Virus record (IMG/VR): IMGVR_UViG_3300019776_000550
Coordinates: 27,499-91,498 of that record
Length of the DNA: 64,000 nt
Origin: a virus
Direction: 5' to 3' (one strand)
Shown here: positions 26,932 through 37,641 of the stretch, one piece after another
Position numbering within the stretch: position 1 is the first letter of the stretch
Layout of the letters: each line of letters begins with the position of its first letter
The notes under the pieces: model-generated
Databases searched by the model: none
What the model was told of the DNA's origin: nothing
Seen by the model: the letters and a program-made list of their open reading frames with translations, nothing else
Translations under genes and position numbers: made by a program

Positions 26932-27329
26932 TAAATGTAAAAGATTTAAAGAAAGGTGTTTCAATCGAAGATGTTTGTAATACACTTTTAGAAGCAAGAG
27001 TTCAAATACAACTCTATCATTGGGCTGCAAAACCTGCTATTAACTTTGCATTACATGAAGCCTTAGGAGCTTTGTATAATGATATTGATGGTAAACTAGA
27101 TGGCTTTGTGGAAACCTCACAAGGAACTTATGGCAAAGTGTTTATGTTAAAAACAAAACCATTAGCAACAAGTAATGGAGTAGTTGCAACTCAAGCATTG
27201 TCTTATGTAAAAGGTTTAAATGAGTTTCTTATATCTGCCAGAAGTAGCATTACACATAGTCATCTACAAAACGAGATAGATGATTTTATTAATATTGTAA
27301 ATTTAGCATTGTATAAGCTTACACCTTAG
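26928..27329 (+). CDS. Dps/ferritin-like protein
   Basis: YHW...LHEALGALY...DGFVE ferroxidase-type motif. Confidence 0.75.
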   Translation: MINVKDLKKGVSIEDVCNTLLEARVQIQLYHWAAKPAINFALHEALGALYNDIDGKLDGFVETSQGTYGKVFMLKTKPLATSNGVVATQALSYVKGLNEFLISARSSITHSHLQNEIDDFINIVNLALYKLTP

Positions 27330-27454
27330 TTTATAAAGGTGTAGTTGATTTATTTACTTATTTTTGGGTTAATTTCAGTTGATTATTTGAAAGCTAGATT
27401 AACCTAATTCCATTCTATTATCCTAATGGGCATACCAATTTAACACTTATAAAA

Positions 27455-27790
27455 ATGGCATCTTTAACATTAACAGAAGTAGCAATTGAATCATTAATTC
27501 CTAACCCCAATCAGCTTGTTCTTGAATTACCAAAGGATTATGATAAGGGAAAGTTTAACATTCAACGTCAAGATAAACATTTAAGAACTGACCTATTATA
27601 TAAAGTAGAAAAAATAGGTCAAAATGCAAAAGACTTTCTTGGTATTGATAAAAATTATTTCATACTTTTACAACCTAACCTTACTGTAATAACAATTTTG
27701 ATAGAAGGGCTTACTTATATCTTAATTGACATGACAGATGTGTTAGTAGCATTTAAAGAAAAAAAGCAATTAGTACATGTTGAACAATAA
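27455..27790 (+). CDS. GroES-like protein
   Basis: IPNPNQLVL...VEKIG...EGLTYILIDMTDVLV pattern. Confidence 0.45.
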   Translation: MASLTLTEVAIESLIPNPNQLVLELPKDYDKGKFNIQRQDKHLRTDLLYKVEKIGQNAKDFLGIDKNYFILLQPNLTVITILIEGLTYILIDMTDVLVAFKEKKQLVHVEQ

Positions 27791-27995
27791 TGCAGTTACA
27801 GCTAGATTTATTAAAGAGATAAGTGAAGAACTTAATATTGATGAAGCTAAAGTTGCTGAAATATTAAATAATTTCTTTGATACTATTATTAACTTTGCAA
27901 GCCAAAAGAAAGCTATTTTCTTTTGGCTTACTGGTTTTGGTAAGATTTATTATAGAAAATATAAAAAACCTGATGTAAGGAGGAAATCAAAATGA
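27777..27995 (+). CDS. HU/IHF-like DNA-binding protein
   Basis: IKEISEEL...VAEILNNFFDTI...LTGFGK. Confidence 0.7.
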   Translation: MLNNNAVTARFIKEISEELNIDEAKVAEILNNFFDTIINFASQKKAIFFWLTGFGKIYYRKYKKPDVRRKSK

Positions 27996-28141
27996 GATAT
28001 TTAATACCATTTTATTTTTTATATGAATTTATAAAAAATGATTTTGAACTACCTGTTTATACTAATGTCAATATTATATATACAACTATTATGTTATTAT
28101 ATATAATAGCGGTTTTACTATTAAATTGTAAATTATGCTAG
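27992..28141 (+). CDS. small membrane protein (49 aa)
   Basis: Own translation MRYLIPFYFLYEF...IMLLYIIAVLLLNCKLC*; overlaps both neighbours. Confidence 0.45.
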   Translation: MRYLIPFYFLYEFIKNDFELPVYTNVNIIYTTIMLLYIIAVLLLNCKLC

Positions 28142-28788
28142 ACGAATGGTTTGAATTAAAATACGATTTACCTGTTCTTAAAACAGAATGTAGAAATGTT
28201 GAATATCTTAAAAAGATATACACACGAGATAATGGTGATGTAACTAGTGAACCAGGTGGTAAAAGTGTTAGAGTAAAAAAGACAGCAGCTAAAGAAATAG
28301 CTTATATTTACTTTACTTTAAGCACTAATCATTTTCAAGGATATAAAGGTAAACAACGAGATTCAATAATTAAAGAACGTGTAGGACTACCTTTAAACTG
28401 GACACCTGATGAAGAAATTAAAAATGCAATTAGATTCTTAAAAGAAGATACTACTATTATTGAAGAAAAATTACTTAATACAATTGAAAGTAATTTACAA
28501 ACTAATAGAGAGTTGTTTGAAGAAGTTGAAACTAATAACAAAAAAGTATTAGAATTTCTTCAAAAAGAAGTAAATGAATTAACAACAGAACAGCTTAGTG
28601 AAAGAAAGATTTTAATTGATAATCTTAAAAATGATTTTAGAATCATGTTAGGTTTTATCAATGATTTAGGTAGTGCTTTTGAAAAAGTTAAAAAGCTTAG
28701 AATTGACTTAAATCAAGCTAAGCGAAAGCAAGGTAAAGAATTAAGTACTATAGAAACTGACAGAAGTTTTTATCAAAGAAATAGATAA
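28135..28788 (+). CDS. conserved crAss-like protein upstream of terminase (possible small subunit)
   Basis: KEIAYIYF...GLP.NW.PD motif and position. Confidence 0.55.
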   Translation: MLDEWFELKYDLPVLKTECRNVEYLKKIYTRDNGDVTSEPGGKSVRVKKTAAKEIAYIYFTLSTNHFQGYKGKQRDSIIKERVGLPLNWTPDEEIKNAIRFLKEDTTIIEEKLLNTIESNLQTNRELFEEVETNNKKVLEFLQKEVNELTTEQLSERKILIDNLKNDFRIMLGFINDLGSAFEKVKKLRIDLNQAKRKQGKELSTIETDRSFYQRNR

Positions 28789-30954
28789 ATGTTTACAGGA
28801 ATTAATTATTTTAGAGAACTTGCTTTATATTATGATAAGCATGGATATTACCCTTATGCAAATGAATATCAAGAAATTTATAATGAATTAAACCCTGCCA
28901 ATAGCAAATTAAAAGTACCTGTTCCCTTTGATGCTTTACCTTATTACATGCAAGATTTTGCAAAGGAAACTATTACAAAATTTGTAAATGGAGATAGTCA
29001 TGGTGATACTATTATTACAGGAGAACATTTCTTTTATCTCAATGCTGTTAATATTGAAAGAACTGTAGTTAATCAACCTGGAATACATAAGAATAACACA
29101 ACTAATGCTAGAAAAGTAGGTAGTAGAAAATTTGCATTTCCTGATTTTTGGGATGAAGATTGGAGATACTTTTGGGCTTGTGATATAGCAAGACACGGAT
29201 TAAAAGAAGGATATGAATTAGAAGAATATAATAGAATATGCAAACCATGTAGTTTACAACTCATTACAACTCCTGAAAACTTTAGTGGAGGATTAGATAT
29301 TTTTTATCTTAAACCTAGAGGTGTAGGAGCAAGTTGGAAAGGTGGCTCTTATGCTAATTATAATCAATTTTTAATTCCTGACAGTAATACTTTTATTATG
29401 GCTGAAACTCAAGAATACCTTTTGAAAGATGGTATTTTTGATAAGTTTAATAAGATAAGAAGTTTTATTCAAAGTAAATGTTGGTGGTTAAGCAAACATT
29501 TTTATAAAGAAAGTTTAAGTAACTTTGAATATAGCACAGGATTAAAACAAATCATTAATGGAGCAAATGTAACACAAGGCTTTAACACTACCGTTGCAGG
29601 TGTTACAATAGATGGTAGTGCAGACAAAGCTCGTGGTAAAAGAGGTAATATTATATTTGAAGAAGCAGGTTCATTTCCTTCATTAGCAAGAGTATGGGAA
29701 GTAAGTGAAGCTTCTGTAAATGAATATGGTGTTATATATGGACAAAGAAGAGCTTTTGGTACAGGAGGTGATGAAGGAGGTCATTTTGCTTTTATGGAAG
29801 AAGTTACTAATAATCCACAAGATTATAGAGTAATTCAATGTGAAAATATATATGATGAATTTCAAAAACCTATTACATTCTTTACTCCTTGTTATACTAA
29901 CATTACAGATAAAGATGAAAATGGAAATAGTGACAAGGAGTTAGCTAAAAAGAAATTTGACAAAATAGAAGAAGAGTTAAATAAAAGTGATAATATTACA
30001 AGGTTAGACCAGCATAAAGCTGAATTTCCTAGAAAACCATCAGATGCTTTTAGAACATTAGCTGATAATTTATTACCATCAGCTAAGGCTAAACAAAGGT
30101 TGGAATATCTTGAAAAAACAAATATAGATAGAGCAGTTTGTACTTATGGTACTTTAGAAACTAATACAAAAGAAATTATATTTCTACCTGACAATGTTTT
30201 ACCTTTTGAGCAATATCCTGTAAAATCTGATGGTAAGAGTAAAAAAGGTTGTATTGCTATATTTCAACAACCTTTTAAAGTTCGCAATACAGTACCTGAC
30301 GATTTGTATATTCTTTATGTAGATGCTTATACGCAAGATGAATCTCAATCAGGTTCAGTAGGAGCTGCTTATGTATATGAACAACCTAATAGATATACTA
30401 GATTTAAAGGAGGTATAAGTCCTGCTTGGTATGTAAGTAGACCTGAGGGATTTAATGGTTCTACAGAATTTGCTAAAAATGTATTTTTACTTGCTGAATT
30501 TTACAATGCTAAGATTAGTTTAGAAAATGACCAAGTAGGAGATTTAGTAAGTTATGCAAAAAAGAATAGAGATACTAAAGGTAGAAAGCTTACTTTGTAT
30601 TTAAGTGAACAGTTTGATTTAGGTTTTGATGAAAAATTAGCTACTAAAGCATCTATGAAAAGAAGTTTTGGTATGCACATGACAGAACCTAGAAAACGAC
30701 AAGGTTTGAAGTATTTAGATGAATGGTTAACTACTCCAAGAGGTATAAATGAAGATGGTCAGATTATTTATAATATCGATATGATTTATGATAGAGGACT
30801 ACTTAAAGAAATTAAATATTATAAGTATGGAGTAAACGCTGATAGAATTTCTAGTTGGTTAATTGGTATGTATCATATCAAAGAAGAAGAATATCAAGAA
30901 ACTAAAAGAAGAAGACGAGAACACAATAGTTTAGAAAACCTAAGATTATACTAA
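28789..30954 (+). CDS. terL: terminase large subunit
   Basis: ITGEHFFYLN, KPRGVGAS, FEEAG, FGTGG; nuclease VDAY...NADRIS. Confidence 0.93.
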   Translation: MFTGINYFRELALYYDKHGYYPYANEYQEIYNELNPANSKLKVPVPFDALPYYMQDFAKETITKFVNGDSHGDTIITGEHFFYLNAVNIERTVVNQPGIHKNNTTNARKVGSRKFAFPDFWDEDWRYFWACDIARHGLKEGYELEEYNRICKPCSLQLITTPENFSGGLDIFYLKPRGVGASWKGGSYANYNQFLIPDSNTFIMAETQEYLLKDGIFDKFNKIRSFIQSKCWWLSKHFYKESLSNFEYSTGLKQIINGANVTQGFNTTVAGVTIDGSADKARGKRGNIIFEEAGSFPSLARVWEVSEASVNEYGVIYGQRRAFGTGGDEGGHFAFMEEVTNNPQDYRVIQCENIYDEFQKPITFFTPCYTNITDKDENGNSDKELAKKKFDKIEEELNKSDNITRLDQHKAEFPRKPSDAFRTLADNLLPSAKAKQRLEYLEKTNIDRAVCTYGTLETNTKEIIFLPDNVLPFEQYPVKSDGKSKKGCIAIFQQPFKVRNTVPDDLYILYVDAYTQDESQSGSVGAAYVYEQPNRYTRFKGGISPAWYVSRPEGFNGSTEFAKNVFLLAEFYNAKISLENDQVGDLVSYAKKNRDTKGRKLTLYLSEQFDLGFDEKLATKASMKRSFGMHMTEPRKRQGLKYLDEWLTTPRGINEDGQIIYNIDMIYDRGLLKEIKYYKYGVNADRISSWLIGMYHIKEEEYQETKRRRREHNSLENLRLY

Positions 30955-33374
30955 TGAACGGCACATTACCTTTACAGAAAATACCTAAGAATAAAAAGGA
31001 TAGAGAGTGGAAAGTTAATAACTTAAAATATTACAATACATTTGCGTATAGTAATAATTCACTTTCTTACAACAAAGCTATTGAAAGATTATTTAAAATA
31101 GCTGCTGGTATTATGGATGTAACTGATTATAGTCACATTCAAAATCCTTATCATTTAATAGGTGAACAGTATAAAAAGTACCCTGAAAAACTTCGTAGAT
31201 ATGATATTGTAAGTCCTTTGTTTTTAAGAGCATTAAGAGAATTTAAGAAAAGACCATTTGAACCTGTTGTTTATACTCAAAATAGTAATTTTGATAGTAT
31301 GAAACAACAAGCTGAAAAAGCATTAATAGAAGAAAGTTTACAAAGGAAGTTTGTTAATATGTTAATTCAAACAGGTCAGCTACAAGAACAAGAACCTGTT
31401 GAAGAAATTAGTCCTGATGTTATTAAGCAAAAAGTCAGTACTTTAAAAGATATTGAAACTATATCTGGACAAAAAGTATTAGATTATATACTATCAAAAG
31501 AAGATATTTACTCTCAATATGTGAGAGAATTTTATCATTTTATATGCAGTAACAGATGTAGTAGTTATGCAGATGTAAGGTATGATAATATCATAAGATA
31601 TTCAGTACATCCTATGATTATTGATTCATATGGCAGTAAAAATAATAGGTTGTTAGAAGATGCTAACGTAGTTAGAGCTAGATATAATTTTACTTACGAA
31701 GAAGTTATTGATATATTTCAAGGAGAAGATTTGAGTGAATATCCTGATTTCTTTGAATATCTTGAAAGATATAATACTAATAGAACTACAAGTAATTCTG
31801 ATTTTTATGATGATAGAGTTACTAATTATCTATCGCAGTATATGTATAACAGGTATGGAATTACAAGAAATGATACTGCTATTAGTAATACAAAGTATAT
31901 AAATGTAAATCATATTCAATGGACTAGTTTTAGACTTGTACACTTTATTCCTAATGGGGATTCTTTTATTGAAGTAGATGAAGATTATCAAGGTAATGAT
32001 ATTATATACAGTGAGTGGAAAGAAGAAGTTAGAGAAGGTTATGTAGTAGCTAACAAGTATTTTATTGGAGGTGATTGTTTAGAATTTCCTCGATATGATT
32101 TTAATAATCCATTTAAAGCAAAAAACAGTTATTGTGGAATTACTTTTATGGATGATTTAGTTCAACAAATTAGTATTCCTGAAAAAATAGTACAGTATCA
32201 AGAAGCTTATGATGTTGTTAAATTTAAAATTCAATATACAATAAATAAAAACAAAGATAAAATAGCCACAATACCTTTAAGTTTGATTAGAGGTTCTATG
32301 CCTATTGATTCTTCTAAAGATAAATTTGAACATACATTTGGTGAAGATGAAGATAAAGACTTGCAGTTTTTACAAAAAGAAATGGAGAGAGGTAGGAATC
32401 ATCCATTGGCAGAAGCTATGTATTTTGCTGATACTACTCAAATGCTTTTTGTAGATGATACTAGTGAAACTGCTGCTACTGCTGTACAAATGTTAAAACA
32501 AATAGATTTAAGCTTAGGTAATTATATTGGGTTTTTAATGGATTACGCTCGTAGCATTAAAGCAGAAGCAGAAGACTTATTTGGATTTAATAGATTTGTT
32601 AATGGTGATATAGGTCAAAGAGATTCTGTTAGAAATGTTCAACAGGGTTTAGAACAATCTACAGCTATTATTGATTTATATTATGATGAATTTGAAAGGT
32701 ATCAAGCTTGTGATTTGCAGAGATTATTAGATTTAAGTAGATATGCTTTTAGAACAGGTAAGAATCTTACTTATGTGAGAGATAATACTGACATTGAAAG
32801 ACTACAGATTCCTGATAATTATCAACACTTGTCTTATGGTATATTTGTTCGCAATAGTGCTAAGACAAAAGAAGTATTAGATAGACTTAAAAATCTTGCA
32901 AATGAGTTTATTCAAAATGGAATGAAACCTTCTGTTTATGGAAAATTAATTTCACAATCTTCTAATTATGCTAGTATTATAAAAGAGATTGAAGACAAAG
33001 AAATTGAAATGCAAAAGCAACAAGAAATGCAAGCTCAAGCTGATAGAGATAATCAAATTAAGCTTCAAGAAATGCAAATGCAAGATAAACAAGCTGATAG
33101 AGATATTGAAAAATATAAAATAGATACAAATGCAGAAGTTGCGATTAATAAAACAATTGCTACTTTGCAATCTATGAGTATTGGCAATGATGATGATAAT
33201 GCTGTTTTAGAGTTAGAAAAGATAAGAATGGCTCAAATAACAGAACTTCAAAATAACATGATTAAGAAAGAAGATATTAAGACTAAAAAAGAAATAGCAA
33301 AAGCTAATAATGATACTAAAAGATTTGTAGCTGAACAATCATTAAAAGTAGCTAAAGAAAATAAAGGTAAGTAA
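30954..33374 (+). CDS. portal protein
   Basis: LPLQKIP..KKD.EW N-terminus, 806 aa, follows TerL, Q-rich C-terminal coiled coil. Confidence 0.9.
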   Translation: MNGTLPLQKIPKNKKDREWKVNNLKYYNTFAYSNNSLSYNKAIERLFKIAAGIMDVTDYSHIQNPYHLIGEQYKKYPEKLRRYDIVSPLFLRALREFKKRPFEPVVYTQNSNFDSMKQQAEKALIEESLQRKFVNMLIQTGQLQEQEPVEEISPDVIKQKVSTLKDIETISGQKVLDYILSKEDIYSQYVREFYHFICSNRCSSYADVRYDNIIRYSVHPMIIDSYGSKNNRLLEDANVVRARYNFTYEEVIDIFQGEDLSEYPDFFEYLERYNTNRTTSNSDFYDDRVTNYLSQYMYNRYGITRNDTAISNTKYINVNHIQWTSFRLVHFIPNGDSFIEVDEDYQGNDIIYSEWKEEVREGYVVANKYFIGGDCLEFPRYDFNNPFKAKNSYCGITFMDDLVQQISIPEKIVQYQEAYDVVKFKIQYTINKNKDKIATIPLSLIRGSMPIDSSKDKFEHTFGEDEDKDLQFLQKEMERGRNHPLAEAMYFADTTQMLFVDDTSETAATAVQMLKQIDLSLGNYIGFLMDYARSIKAEAEDLFGFNRFVNGDIGQRDSVRNVQQGLEQSTAIIDLYYDEFERYQACDLQRLLDLSRYAFRTGKNLTYVRDNTDIERLQIPDNYQHLSYGIFVRNSAKTKEVLDRLKNLANEFIQNGMKPSVYGKLISQSSNYASIIKEIEDKEIEMQKQQEMQAQADRDNQIKLQEMQMQDKQADRDIEKYKIDTNAEVAINKTIATLQSMSIGNDDDNAVLELEKIRMAQITELQNNMIKKEDIKTKKEIAKANNDTKRFVAEQSLKVAKENKGK

Positions 33375-33454
33375 ATAAAATTAGCTTAAAAAATAATTTT
33401 AATTTATTGTTGTATAAATTTGGAAATGTAGTTACAAACTTAAATATTTGAAAT

Positions 33455-34435
33455 ATGAATGAGTTACTAGAAGGATTAGAAAAAATCACAAAAGTAGAAC
33501 CACTGTTAACATCAGTTAATGCAGAAACAAATGATAATGCTGCTTCTTTTGAAAATAATCAAATAGCAGAACCTCAACCTACAGCAACAGAAACTTCTGT
33601 TGGAGATAACGGTTTTGAATCAGAAGAAGACCTTATTAATTATGTAGCTGCTAATTTAGAAATAGACGATTTTAAACCTAGCAAATCAGGTATTGATGCT
33701 ATAGTTGAATTAGCTCAATATAAGCTTAACAGTATTCAAGAACAATACAGGTCTTTTGAAAATCAAGAATTACTTGAATACAAAGAACATCTTGAAAACG
33801 GAGGTAATTACGAAACATTTAAACAAATTCAAAGTCTTGACAATGAATATGCTAAAATTGTAGTAATGGAAGATGATATTGAAGGACAAGAAGCTTTGGC
33901 AAAACATATTTACGATTTACAAGGTTTAGATGAAGTTGATATTGAATCATTGATTGAAAAAAGAAAAGATAATGGTACTCTTTTTGATTTTGCATATCAA
34001 GGTTTAAATAGATTAGCTGAAATTAGAGAAGCTGAAGTACAAGAAGCTAGAAATCGTATTTCTGCTGAAATAGAAGCTAACAATAGAGCTGCTATGCAAT
34101 TTCAGCAAGAAATTGAAAATGCTTTAAAAACAAACAATTTTAATGGAGTTCGTTTAGATAATAATGTGTTGAGAGAAGTTGAAAAGCAACTCACGATTGA
34201 TGCTAATGGGCAAATACCTTTGCAAGAAACTGTAAATAATTTTAACGGAACTCAACATACTTTAATGAATTACTTTGCTTATTGTTTAGCAAATAATCTA
34301 CCAATTGAATATAAACCTGTTAATGCAAGACCTGTAGGTAATAACAAACCTATACACTCTATTTTAAATAAACAATCATCTATTCAAGAAAAACAAGGTA
34401 AATTAGAAGATTTATTGCCACTTATAAAACCATAA
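33455..34435 (+). CDS. putative scaffolding protein
   Basis: Acidic helical protein between portal and capsid; HLENGG motif. Confidence 0.65.
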   Translation: MNELLEGLEKITKVEPLLTSVNAETNDNAASFENNQIAEPQPTATETSVGDNGFESEEDLINYVAANLEIDDFKPSKSGIDAIVELAQYKLNSIQEQYRSFENQELLEYKEHLENGGNYETFKQIQSLDNEYAKIVVMEDDIEGQEALAKHIYDLQGLDEVDIESLIEKRKDNGTLFDFAYQGLNRLAEIREAEVQEARNRISAEIEANNRAAMQFQQEIENALKTNNFNGVRLDNNVLREVEKQLTIDANGQIPLQETVNNFNGTQHTLMNYFAYCLANNLPIEYKPVNARPVGNNKPIHSILNKQSSIQEKQGKLEDLLPLIKP

Positions 34436-34444
34436 TATAATAAC

Positions 34445-35965
34445 ATGTATCCTTTTAAATCCGACATAGTTCTAGGTGAAGGAATCTACAACGATAATGA
34501 ATATGCAGGTATTCAAAGACTTGATGCTATTCGTCAATCTAGTGGTATTGACCCTGCCATTAAAGAACTTTTAAACAGTCAAGCAGTTTATGCTTTTGGT
34601 AATGATGCTCAATTTGGTAGCAAAAACTTTCCTATTCTTATGCAAACGCAAGGTATGGGAAGAAAACGTGCTGTAACATCTTATGATGGGCAAGTTTATA
34701 ATATGATTTTTGGTAAACCAAAGAAAGTATCTGTAATTGCTCGTACTATTCAATATGGTACTGATACAGTAGGTTTAAATTACAATCCTTTTTATATTAT
34801 TTTTAAAGACCGTCATTTCATGAAAAATCAAATTATCATGGCTGGTGGTATTATGGGTAATGTTCAAGTACAACTCAAAGATGGTGGAGTTAAAGAAGGT
34901 GCTGGTTGGAAATACCAATGTGTTGTTTTTGGTAAAGTAACTGATTTTGTTCGTTCAAGTTATCTTCGTGCTAATCAAGTATGGGCAGAAGGAGTTGTTA
35001 AAGTTTCTCAAGAACACTCACGAGGAACTGAACATCGTAGTTATGGCCCTTCACGTGTACAAAATCAACTATCTTTGATTCGTCAATCTATTAAAGTAGC
35101 TGGTAACATTGCTAACAAAGTACTTAACTTTACTATCAATGTTGATGGTAAGTCTATTAAGAGTTTTGTTGAGTGGGAAAAGTATTTGACAGAACTTGCG
35201 TTTAACGAAAAGAAAGAAACTGATATTCTACTTTCTAAATCAAATCGTGGAGAAGATGGTTTTGTACAAAACTTTGATGCTGACAGTAACAAACCTGTAG
35301 TTTCAGGTCACGGTATTATCAATCAAATTCCTGATACACACGTTCTTTCATATACACGTATGACAGAAAAGAAACTTGATACTTTCCTTACAGATACACT
35401 TGATATTAGTATGAATCTTGATACAGATTTGACTAAGACTAAGGTTGTTGATATTATGGGAGGTTATGGTTTGTTCCAAGAATTTGATTATGCTATGAAG
35501 CGTAATATGAATACTCTTGTACCAATGCTTAATTCTGATTTGTTTATTCAAAAGAATGGAGAAGGTGGTCTTACTTATGGTGGTTACTTTACTCAATACA
35601 AACACCGTTCAGGAGCTGTTTATCGCTTTACACATCACCCATTCTTTGAAAATAGTGCTGTAGCTCAATCTGCTCCTCGTCACCCTGTTACAAATCGTCC
35701 TATTACTTCTTACGAAGGTATTATTTTGAACTTTGCTGAAATTTCAATGGGTGAAGGTAAAACAGCACCAAATATTGAGTTTCTTTATGAAGAAGGTCGT
35801 GAATACATTGAAGGTACTGTAAGAGGTATGGCTAAGATTGAAGGTCGTCAAGGTGGTGATATTAGCACTGATATTGATGCTTCATCATTGGAGATGATGT
35901 GTTCACAAGGAGTACACGTAAACCAACCACTAGGTCTTGGTTATGTTAGATGTAAACTATCTTAA
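34445..35965 (+). CDS. major capsid protein
   Basis: 506 aa at the crAss capsid position; strongly biased codons (CGT, GGT); G.G...QI and YGGYFT.Y motifs. Confidence 0.88.
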   Translation: MYPFKSDIVLGEGIYNDNEYAGIQRLDAIRQSSGIDPAIKELLNSQAVYAFGNDAQFGSKNFPILMQTQGMGRKRAVTSYDGQVYNMIFGKPKKVSVIARTIQYGTDTVGLNYNPFYIIFKDRHFMKNQIIMAGGIMGNVQVQLKDGGVKEGAGWKYQCVVFGKVTDFVRSSYLRANQVWAEGVVKVSQEHSRGTEHRSYGPSRVQNQLSLIRQSIKVAGNIANKVLNFTINVDGKSIKSFVEWEKYLTELAFNEKKETDILLSKSNRGEDGFVQNFDADSNKPVVSGHGIINQIPDTHVLSYTRMTEKKLDTFLTDTLDISMNLDTDLTKTKVVDIMGGYGLFQEFDYAMKRNMNTLVPMLNSDLFIQKNGEGGLTYGGYFTQYKHRSGAVYRFTHHPFFENSAVAQSAPRHPVTNRPITSYEGIILNFAEISMGEGKTAPNIEFLYEEGREYIEGTVRGMAKIEGRQGGDISTDIDASSLEMMCSQGVHVNQPLGLGYVRCKLS

Positions 35966-35974
35966 TTAAATTAT

Positions 35975-36907
35975 ATGACTGCACAAACCGTAGAAAGAAA
36001 AGCTATTGCATTCGCTTGTTTTAACAATGCTTATTTACCAAAAAAGTTTGTTGAAGAGTTTGACAATAAGCAAGTACCCTATACTATAGGATACGGAGAA
36101 TTTGGAATTAACAGACCTATACCTCTTGAAACAGAAACTAAAGTTCCTGCGTTTGCTAAATTAGTAGGAGTAGACTTTAACAATCCTAATTGGACAGAGC
36201 GAGTTGAAGACTTTTTAGCTGAATGGGAAATTAAAATCCCATTAGGAGAAATGAAAGGTTCTAAAGTAGATGGAGGAATGATTTTAGATGGTGGATATAG
36301 ACAAGATGAAAATGGTATTATTCATCCAAACGACATCAATGCTTATATTGCACTTAATCTTATGAGTCAGGATGGTGAAGTTGGTAAAGATGTTGATAGT
36401 TACAAATACAAATCTCAATACAAGTTTTTCTGTTTAGATGTTACAAAACAAAAAGCAGAAGAAATTGCATCTATTGAGAATGAGAAAAAGAATTATCAAC
36501 GTACTGCTAAATTATTATCTGCTAAAGATAATGATGACCAACTTAAATTCATTCTTCAAGTTTATAATAAAGAAGTAAGTCCTATTGAAATTAGCGGCTA
36601 TACTCGCATTCAACTTGAAGATGGTATTATTGAGTTGTCTAAAAAGAATCCTAAAGCTATTGCAGAAGCAACAAGTGAAGGTTTTGAACTAGCTCAAAAG
36701 GCGTTCTTAACAGAACTTGTTCATAGTGGAGCAGTTCAGCAACAAGGAAACGCTTACTTCTTTAAATCACAGCTTTTAGCAAATGATGATGAACAAATGA
36801 TAATTTGGTTAAAGAATCCTGCTAATAGTGGAGATATTGCTAAGATGCAAGCTATTATTCTTAATTACAAAGCTACTAATGTTAACCGTACAGGAAATAC
36901 ACTTTAA
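35975..36907 (+). CDS. conserved crAss capsid-module protein
   Basis: Follows MCP; C-terminal WLKNPAN motif. Confidence 0.65.
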   Translation: MTAQTVERKAIAFACFNNAYLPKKFVEEFDNKQVPYTIGYGEFGINRPIPLETETKVPAFAKLVGVDFNNPNWTERVEDFLAEWEIKIPLGEMKGSKVDGGMILDGGYRQDENGIIHPNDINAYIALNLMSQDGEVGKDVDSYKYKSQYKFFCLDVTKQKAEEIASIENEKKNYQRTAKLLSAKDNDDQLKFILQVYNKEVSPIEISGYTRIQLEDGIIELSKKNPKAIAEATSEGFELAQKAFLTELVHSGAVQQQGNAYFFKSQLLANDDEQMIIWLKNPANSGDIAKMQAIILNYKATNVNRTGNTL

Positions 36908-37640
36908 TATACTTAATGAGTTAACTTTAGGTTCTTATAGTATAAGAGACTATGAGCTTGAAGAACTTGATGCTATTATTAACCAAGAAGTTTATACTGT
37001 ACTTAATAGAATTAATAGTAAGAAGGCAAATGATAGAACTGAAGTAGAAGATAGTATAATAAGGTCTTTAACAAGAAATTATTGTACTACTTCTACGGAA
37101 GTAAATGGTGTATATGTCAGTGATTTACCTGATGATTACAGTTCTTTAATTAGAGGTAATTCATTAGTTTATGATAAATCATGTAAGACACCTGTTAGTA
37201 AAATTGAAGAAGGTTCTATTTATAGAGCTAGCGAAGATGTTTTGTATAATTCAACTTGGTATAAACCATGCGAAGTATTTACTGGAGGTAATGTTTCAGA
37301 AGTTTATGGTTCTGTAGATAAGTTAGCTAGTAAATATCAACCTTCAAGTTATGTTGATTATAACATATTTGATACTTATAATCCAAGTATCAGACCTATT
37401 TTTACAATAGAAGGTGATGAAGTAAAAATTAAATCTAAACTACCTGTTTCTAAATTTTGTTTAACTTATACAGGGCAATTTAGAAATGAAGATGAAATAA
37501 ATTATTGCCAAGGAACTACACTTAATTTTCCTGATAACATACAACGATTTTTTATTCAACAAGTAGTTTTAAAATTATCTATTATAGCTGACGATTCTCA
37601 ACAAAAAGTAATTAATCTCAAATCTGAAAATATAAAATAA
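36879..37640 (+). CDS. putative head-tail ring protein
   Basis: MLTVQEIH...EELDAIIN; crAss synteny. Confidence 0.55.
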   Translation: MLTVQEIHFNILNELTLGSYSIRDYELEELDAIINQEVYTVLNRINSKKANDRTEVEDSIIRSLTRNYCTTSTEVNGVYVSDLPDDYSSLIRGNSLVYDKSCKTPVSKIEEGSIYRASEDVLYNSTWYKPCEVFTGGNVSEVYGSVDKLASKYQPSSYVDYNIFDTYNPSIRPIFTIEGDEVKIKSKLPVSKFCLTYTGQFRNEDEINYCQGTTLNFPDNIQRFFIQQVVLKLSIIADDSQQKVINLKSENIK

Positions 37641-37641
37641 A

